Source: Deltaproteobacteria bacterium (lineage in GTDB: Bacteria > Desulfobacterota > Desulfobaccia > Desulfobaccales > 0-14-0-80-60-11). Taken from it: a DNA stretch of 63,660 nt. Of the stretch, positions 57,764 through 63,660 are shown piece after piece (position 1 is the stretch's first letter; each line of letters opens with the position of its first letter). A program made the translations under genes and the position numbers. The notes below the pieces were generated by a model. The model did not search any database. It was not told the DNA's origin and was given only the letters and a program-made list of their open reading frames with translations. The stretch is taken from NCBI GenBank assembly GCA_016875015.1, contig VGSJ01000006.1:1-63660 (forward strand). The letters are read 5' to 3'.

Positions 57764-58926
57764 TGGCCAGGGGCCAGGGACCAGGGGTTAGGGGTCAGGG
57801 GCTGTCTCGCAGGCGGCCGCTTTCAAGCCCTTCCCCAACCGCTCGCCCGGCCCGGCTTGTTTTTCTCCTCCAGGACTTGAAATTCGGCGGTACCCAGCGC
57901 CAGGCCCTGGAGTTGGCCCGGCTGCTTGACCCCGTCCGGTTTCAGGTGGAAGTCTGGCTGCTGGCGGCGGGGGAAGAACTGGCTCCCCTGGCCCGGGACT
58001 GGGGCCTCCCCCTGGTCCAATTGTCCCGGCAGGAGCCCGTGGGGCCGGCGGCCCTGGCCCGCCTGTGGCGGCGGCTAAAGCATCAACCCGTTGACCTGCT
58101 CATGCCCCTTACCGTGGTGCCGAATATCTGGGGCCGGGTGTTGGGTCGCCTGGCCCGGGTGCCGGTGATTGTCGGCAACTGCCGGGGGGGCGGGGCTCCC
58201 CGGCGCCAGGGGGAACGCTGGCTCTGGCCCCTGGCGCACCACATCATTTGCAACAGCGCGGCCTTGAAGGGGGTGCTCACCGGGCGCGGCGGCGTGCCCG
58301 AGGCCCGGGTTACCACGATCCCCAACGGGGTGGATACGGATTATTTCCGGCCGGCCCCGGAGGGACCCGACCCTTATCCCGCCGTGGTGCTCTCCGTGGC
58401 CCGGATGGTGCCCGACAAAGACCACGAAACCCTGATCCGGGCCTTTGCTCTGGCGGCGCCGGCCTTTCCCCAGGCGCGGTTGTGGCTGGTGGGGGAAGGG
58501 CCAGACCTTCCGGCGATCCGGCAACTGGCCGAAGCAACCCTGCCCCCGGGTTCTTTCCGGTTCATCCCGCCCCAGGCGGACCTGCGGCCTCTGTTCCGGC
58601 AAGCCGGCCTGCTGGCTTTGAGTTCCCGCACCGAGGCGCTGCCCAACGTGATTCTGGAGGCCATGGCCGCGGGCCTGCCGGTGGCGGCCACCGCGGTGGG
58701 TGGCGTGCCGGAGCTGGTGACCCCGGCCCGGACGGGCTGGCTGGCGGCCCCCGGAGACGCCCCGGGGCTGGCCGCAATCATGCGCCGGATCCTGGAAAAC
58801 CCGGAGCAGGGCCGGGCCTTTGGCCGGGCCGGGCGAGAGCGGGCGGTGAGAGATTTTTCACTTAAGGCCATGGCGCGGCGCTACGAAGAAGTCTTGGACC
58901 GCCTCCTGGCCCAGGCGGGACGCTGA
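57763..58926 (+). CDS. Glycosyltransferase family 4
   Basis: GGTQRQ, IPNGVD and EALPNVILEAMAAGLPV; the 5' end contains heptamer repeats, so the start is uncertain. Confidence 0.9.
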   Translation: MARGQGPGVRGQGLSRRRPLSSPSPTARPARLVFLLQDLKFGGTQRQALELARLLDPVRFQVEVWLLAAGEELAPLARDWGLPLVQLSRQEPVGPAALARLWRRLKHQPVDLLMPLTVVPNIWGRVLGRLARVPVIVGNCRGGGAPRRQGERWLWPLAHHIICNSAALKGVLTGRGGVPEARVTTIPNGVDTDYFRPAPEGPDPYPAVVLSVARMVPDKDHETLIRAFALAAPAFPQARLWLVGEGPDLPAIRQLAEATLPPGSFRFIPPQADLRPLFRQAGLLALSSRTEALPNVILEAMAAGLPVAATAVGGVPELVTPARTGWLAAPGDAPGLAAIMRRILENPEQGRAFGRAGRERAVRDFSLKAMARRYEEVLDRLLAQAGR

Positions 58927-58928
58927 CG

Positions 58929-60209
58929 ATGCCGGGACCGCGGGTGGCCTACCTTCTCCTCTGGTTTCCCGAGCCTTCCCAGACCTTTGTGCTGGACGAA
59001 GTCAACACCCTGGTGCGCCTGGGCCTGGACGTCAGGGTTTACACCCTCTACGGGCCCCGGCCGGCGACCCGCCTTACGGGGATGGCGGAGGTCCTGGCGC
59101 CGGTGCGCCACCTGGGAACAGCCGCCCTGAAGTTCCTGGTCCGGGACCTGCTGCGCCTGGGCCGCACCTGGGGCCCGGAGGCCGCGCCGTTTTTGCGGCG
59201 GGTACTGGTGCGCCGGTGGCGCAGCCTGGAGACCTGGGGCGAAGCCCTGTGGGCCGCAATGGCCGGGGTGCACCTGGCCGGGACCATGACTGCCGACGGC
59301 ATCGACCACATTCACGCCCCCTGGGCCAACGGCCCGGCCACCGCCGCCTGGGTGGCCGCCAGGCTCAGCGGCATCCCCTTCAGCTTCAGCGGCCGGGCCC
59401 ACGATCTCTATCCCCCCGACGGGGCGCTTCAGGAGAAGCTGGCGGCCGCCAAGTTCATCCGCACCAATACCCGGATCAACCAACGGTACCTGGCGGACCT
59501 GTGTCCCCCCCTGGCCGGGAAAGTGGTGAACATCTACAACGGCGTTTCGCTAACGCCGGCCGCCGGGCCCCGGCCCCCGGCCCGGCCGCCGTTTCACCTG
59601 CTGGCCCTGGGCCGCCTGGTCCCCAAAAAGGGTTTTCCGGTGCTCCTGACGGCCTGCCGCCATTTGCGCGCCCAGGGGGTGGATTTCCGTCTCACCCTGG
59701 CCGGCGATGGCCCGGAGCGGGGAAAAATCCGGGAGTTTATCGACCGGGAGGGGCTGGCCGACCGGGTGAGCCTGCCCGGGGCGGTGCCCCACCGGGAGGT
59801 GGCCCGGCTTATGGCCGCGGCCCACCTCTTGGTCATGCCCAGCCTGATTGCGCCCTCGGGGGACCGGGACGGCATCCCCAACGTCATCCTGGAGGCCTTG
59901 CTCTGTGAGGCGCCGGTGGTGGCCAGCGCAGTTTCGGGCATCCCCGAGGTCATCCGGGAGGGCGACACCGGCTGGCTGACCGTCCCCGGCGACCCCGAAG
60001 CCCTGGCCCAGGCCGTGGCGGCGGCCCTGGCCGACCCCGGGGAAGCCCGGCGCCGGGCTGAGAGGGGCCGGATCCTGGTGGCTCGGGAGTTCGACTCCCG
60101 CAAGAATTATGCCCGATTGAAGGCGCAGTTCGAGGGAGCCCTCCGGGTCACGCCTCCGGCCAGGTCGCCAGGAACAGGGGACGTTTCCTTAAGCCCGGGC
60201 GCACCGTGA
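58929..60209 (+). CDS. Glycosyltransferase family 4 (WcaL-like)
   Basis: FPEPSQTFVLDE, HIHA, GRLVPKKG and DRDGIPNVILEA. Confidence 0.9.
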   Translation: MPGPRVAYLLLWFPEPSQTFVLDEVNTLVRLGLDVRVYTLYGPRPATRLTGMAEVLAPVRHLGTAALKFLVRDLLRLGRTWGPEAAPFLRRVLVRRWRSLETWGEALWAAMAGVHLAGTMTADGIDHIHAPWANGPATAAWVAARLSGIPFSFSGRAHDLYPPDGALQEKLAAAKFIRTNTRINQRYLADLCPPLAGKVVNIYNGVSLTPAAGPRPPARPPFHLLALGRLVPKKGFPVLLTACRHLRAQGVDFRLTLAGDGPERGKIREFIDREGLADRVSLPGAVPHREVARLMAAAHLLVMPSLIAPSGDRDGIPNVILEALLCEAPVVASAVSGIPEVIREGDTGWLTVPGDPEALAQAVAAALADPGEARRRAERGRILVAREFDSRKNYARLKAQFEGALRVTPPARSPGTGDVSLSPGAP

Positions 60210-60353
60210 AACACCTGCCGGGCTGGGTCATCCATCCGCATAGTCTATGATTTCATAGATACGCTCACGTCATATATCGCCCCCCAACCATCTCCCCCCG
60301 AAGCGGGAGGAAAGGGGGGAATGGCGCAAAAAATCGCACCCGAGGAACAGCTC

Positions 60354-60734
60354 ATGCACAGATATACCCTGGCGGTAAAACGAGACTTCGTGGCCCGGCA
60401 CTATCTTTTCGGCGGCGATTGGGGCGCGGAAAATCAACTCCATTCCCACCATTACCAGGTTGAAGTTCAGCTGGAAGGCCGCACCCTGGATAAACACGGC
60501 TACCTGGTGGACATTGTGGCCGTAGAAGCCCATCTGGAAGAACTGGTGGCGTATTACCGGGACCAGAGCCTGAACGATCTCCCGGAATTCGCCGGGCTCA
60601 ACCCCAGCATCGAGCACTTCGCCCGCATCCTATGCCAGGAGCTTTTAGGCCGCGTGCCGGAACCCCTCAGCGCGGTCACGGTCAAAATCTGGGAAAATGA
60701 CATCGCCTGGGCCGCTTACCGCGAGGCCCGTTAG
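60354..60734 (+). CDS. 6-pyruvoyl-tetrahydropterin synthase/QueD-fold protein (Glu-type)
   Basis: FVARHYL, ENQLHSHHY, LNDLPEF..NPSIE and WE. Confidence 0.85.
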   Translation: MHRYTLAVKRDFVARHYLFGGDWGAENQLHSHHYQVEVQLEGRTLDKHGYLVDIVAVEAHLEELVAYYRDQSLNDLPEFAGLNPSIEHFARILCQELLGRVPEPLSAVTVKIWENDIAWAAYREAR

Positions 60735-61813
60735 TGCATGTGGGCCTGCTCATTTACGGGAGCCTGACCGCCATCTCCGGCGGCTTCATCTATGACCGGA
60801 ACCTGGTCCGGTATCTTAGGGAGCAGGGCGACCGGGTGGACGTCATCTCTCTCCCCTGGCGCCGCTATGGGTTAAGCCTCCTGGACAACCTTAACTCCGG
60901 CCTCCGCCGCCGGCTCACCCAGGCCGGCTTTGATGTTCTCCTCCAAGATGAGCTGGCGCACCCCTCCTGTTTCTGGCTCAACCAGCGCCTGCGCCCCCGG
61001 TTGAGCTACCCCGTGATCGCCATCGTTCATCATCTGCGCTGCCGGGAGCGCCATCCGGCCTTATTGAGCCGGCTGTACCGCCGGGTGGAAAAACGCTACC
61101 TGGCCTCGGTGGACGGTTTCATCTGCGTCAGCCGCACCACCGGGGCGGACGTGGAGGATTTGGTGGGGCGGGCCCGGCCATTGGTGGTGGCGCCGCCCGG
61201 GGGCGACCGTTTGACCGGAAAAATCACCGCAGAACAAATTGCTGCCAAGGCGGTGGAACCAGGGCCTTTAAAAATTATCTCCGTGGCCAACCTAATTCCC
61301 CGGAAGGGAATCCATACCTTGATAACTGCTCTGGCCAGTCTGCCTCACAACGGTTGGCAACTCACGGTTGCCGGCAGTCTGAATATGGATACAAGTTATG
61401 TTGGCAGTATTCGCCGCCAAATTGCGCAGGATGGTTTGAACGCCAGGATATCATTGCTGGGAACGGTTTCCGACGAAGAGCTGGCCGTGCTGCTCCCCCA
61501 ACACCACCTCCTGGCGGTGCCATCATCTTATGAAGGCTTCGGCATCGTCTACCTGGAGGGCATGCATTTCGGCCTGCCCGCCATCGCCGGAACCGCCGGC
61601 GCCGCCAAAGAACTCATCCGCCATGACCACAACGGCTTTCTGGCGCCTCCGGGGGATGCCGACGCCCTGGCCCGCTGTATCAGCCTCCTGGTGGAGGACC
61701 GGGAACTCCTGAAACGCCTTTCTCTGACGGCGCATCACTCGGCTGCGGCCCATCCTACCTGGAACGAGAGCGCCGCCCGAGCCCGGGCCTTCCTCCAGAG
61801 TTTCCTGAGGTGA
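60734..61813 (+). CDS. Glycosyltransferase family 4
   Basis: SGGFIYDR, VHH and YEGFGIVYLE. Confidence 0.88.
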   Translation: MHVGLLIYGSLTAISGGFIYDRNLVRYLREQGDRVDVISLPWRRYGLSLLDNLNSGLRRRLTQAGFDVLLQDELAHPSCFWLNQRLRPRLSYPVIAIVHHLRCRERHPALLSRLYRRVEKRYLASVDGFICVSRTTGADVEDLVGRARPLVVAPPGGDRLTGKITAEQIAAKAVEPGPLKIISVANLIPRKGIHTLITALASLPHNGWQLTVAGSLNMDTSYVGSIRRQIAQDGLNARISLLGTVSDEELAVLLPQHHLLAVPSSYEGFGIVYLEGMHFGLPAIAGTAGAAKELIRHDHNGFLAPPGDADALARCISLLVEDRELLKRLSLTAHHSAAAHPTWNESAARARAFLQSFLR

Positions 61814-62754
61814 CCGTGTCCGGCCCGGCTGCTCCCGACTTTATCCGCTATCTGGCCGCCAAAAAAGGCCTGGATGACCGCTCCCTGAATCGGCGGGTGT
61901 GGGACCACCTGGCCCGGGCGGTGCGGGACCGGCCGGACCCCGCCCCCCTCCGGGTCCTGGAGGTGGGCTGCGGCATCGGCACCATGGTGGAGCGGTTGCT
62001 GGACCGGGGTTTGCTGACCCGGGCGGCGTACACCGGCATCGATGTGGAGCCGGAGTTCATCCGGGCGGCCACGGAGCGCCTGCGCAGTTATGCGGCGGCG
62101 CGCCATGTCCTCCTGGCAGAGGAGTCCGGCGGGGTCCTGCTCTTTTCGACCCCTGGCCAAGAAGTCCGGATAACTTTAGAAGTCGCCGACCTCTTCGATT
62201 TCCTTGGCCATGAGCCGGGAAAATCGGCCTGGGACCTGCTCGTCGCCCATGCCGTCCTGGACCTGATCGACCTCCCCACCGCCCTGCCCCGCCTCTTGGC
62301 GCACCTTTCTCCCGGCGGGCTCTTCTATTTCAGCCTCAATTTTGACGGGGCCACCACCTTTGAACCCCCCATCGACCCGGACCTGGACGCCTTGATCGAA
62401 GCCCTGTATCACCGCACCATGGACACGCGAAGCCGCCAGGGCCAGCCCTCAGGCAGCAGCCTTACCGGGCGCCGACTCTTCGGGCGCCTCAAAGAGGCGG
62501 GCGCCCGGGTGGTTGCGGCGGGCAGTTCCGACTGGGTGGTCTTTCCCGGCCCGGACGGCTATTCCGGGGATGAAGCTTACTTTCTCCACTTTATCATCGA
62601 TACCATCAGCCGGGCCTTGCACGGCCACCCGGAATTGGCCGGGAGCGGTTTTCAGGCCTGGGTGGCCCGGCGCCACCGCCAGATCGAGTCGGCGGAATTG
62701 ACCTACATTGCGCACCAGCTAGATTTTCTGGGATTAAAGAACTTGAAACAATAA
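61810..62754 (+). CDS. Class I SAM-dependent methyltransferase
   Basis: VLEVGCGIG, AHAVLDL, FDG and SSDW. Confidence 0.85.
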   Translation: MTVSGPAAPDFIRYLAAKKGLDDRSLNRRVWDHLARAVRDRPDPAPLRVLEVGCGIGTMVERLLDRGLLTRAAYTGIDVEPEFIRAATERLRSYAAARHVLLAEESGGVLLFSTPGQEVRITLEVADLFDFLGHEPGKSAWDLLVAHAVLDLIDLPTALPRLLAHLSPGGLFYFSLNFDGATTFEPPIDPDLDALIEALYHRTMDTRSRQGQPSGSSLTGRRLFGRLKEAGARVVAAGSSDWVVFPGPDGYSGDEAYFLHFIIDTISRALHGHPELAGSGFQAWVARRHRQIESAELTYIAHQLDFLGLKNLKQ

Positions 62755-62833
62755 AAAAACCGGGGAAGAAATTTTTTGAAATAGAAAGAAAAAAGAGGAT
62801 AGAATATTCTGAAAAAGCTAAATTGGACTAATT

Positions 62834-63433
62834 ATGCGACCCTCATGGGATGAATACTTCATGCTCATCGCCAAGCTGGTGAGCACCCGGAGCACCTGCA
62901 ACTCCCGGCCTACCGGCGCGGTGCTGGTGAAGGACAGGCAGATCCTGGCCACGGGCTACAACGGCTCCATGCCCGGGGCGTCCCACTGCTCGGACCAGGT
63001 CATGGCCGACGGCAGCCCCTACTGTCACCGCCGGGCCTTGAGAATCCCCGACGTGGACAAGTACAACTACTGCCGGGCCTCCCATGCCGAAGCCAACGCC
63101 ATCGCCCAGGCGGCCCGCTACGGCGTGGCCATCAAGGGGGCGATGCTCTACGTCACCTTGCAGCCCTGTTTCGTGTGCATCAAGCTTTTGGCCACAGCCC
63201 AGATTAAGAGGGTTTACTTCGAGCTGGCCTACGGGTCCAACGATGCGGCCCGGGACGATTTCTGGATGAACGCGGTGGCCGAGGCGGGCTTCGAGGTCTT
63301 CCAGGAACTCCCTGTTACGCCGGGGGCCCTGGAATTTATCCTGCCGAGCCTCACGGGGATGACCTCCCGGCGGCGTCTGGCGGCCACGGCGGCGGCGGAG
63401 CCGAACTTCGTCGGCGCGGTGGAGTCCGAGTAG
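62834..63433 (+). CDS. dCMP deaminase (ComEB-like)
   Basis: RPSWDEYFM, RSTC, TGYNG, HAEANAI and PCFVC. Confidence 0.9.
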   Translation: MRPSWDEYFMLIAKLVSTRSTCNSRPTGAVLVKDRQILATGYNGSMPGASHCSDQVMADGSPYCHRRALRIPDVDKYNYCRASHAEANAIAQAARYGVAIKGAMLYVTLQPCFVCIKLLATAQIKRVYFELAYGSNDAARDDFWMNAVAEAGFEVFQELPVTPGALEFILPSLTGMTSRRRLAATAAAEPNFVGAVESE

Positions 63434-63660
63434 GGGAAGGGGTCTGGCGCGCCCGGGGATAAGGGGCAGGCCCCCCGGATTTTTTGCTGGTCCCCGGCCA
63501 GAGACAGCCGCCCCACCGACTTGAGTTTGACGGCGGGGCAGACCTCGGGGTCCGCCACCCGTTTAATCAAAGCCAGGTCCCGCCCAGCAGTGTCCGGTTT
63601 GGTTTTTGCATTGAAGGATGCTCGTTATACGTAGTCCAACAGTTCATAAATTCACTAACG

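Noticed and set aside
212-63570. Many long alternative-frame and antisense ORFs (e.g. 1729-2850 +, 24243-25763 +, 52231-53652 +)
   Set aside because: They shadow well-supported genes, have no motifs, and are expected in high-GC DNA.
1-63660. CRISPR array, rRNA or tRNA
   Set aside because: I saw no regularly spaced repeats with unique spacers and no rRNA or tRNA signature, including between ispE and prs; covariance-model searches were not run.

Overview
GC-rich bacterial chromosomal segment whose gene content (DUF1844-ispE-prs, EF-G2, RpoH-box sigma, MOSC-mog) looks like a Desulfobacterota/Deltaproteobacteria-type organism; this taxonomy is inferred. Most of the window is housekeeping or transport: an RND efflux triad, an Mla/MCE ABC system, dpp permeases, tsaE/nnr, hisHF, rpoH, fusA2, dnaJ, prs/ispE and serA. 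Five accessory signals stand out. (1) A ~150-bp non-coding sequence occurs three times. Two copies (43413-43562 and 46884-47033) form an ungapped inverted pair around an AT-richer ABC-transporter cassette that has no transposase, and the right end cuts a vapC toxin gene after 8 codons. A third copy (5615-5765) borders a gvpY-gvrA-gvpH-gvpZ-like module. Together they suggest a family of long-TIR, cargo-carrying non-autonomous transposons. (2) An AT-rich islet holds a NYN/PIN ribonuclease gene preceded by two sigma70 promoters and a two-unit 'TTGAGNCCC + hairpin' leader that ends in a terminator-like U tract, a candidate RNA-regulated toxin or defence module. (3) The gas-vesicle-type regulatory/chaperone module lacks adjacent gvpA genes. 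(4) A radical SAM/glycosyltransferase/Glu-type PTPS/methyltransferase cluster makes an unknown product. (5) REP-like palindromes and heptamer repeats are abundant in intergenic DNA. I saw no rRNA, tRNA or CRISPR array. All product calls come from motif recognition by eye; no database search was run.
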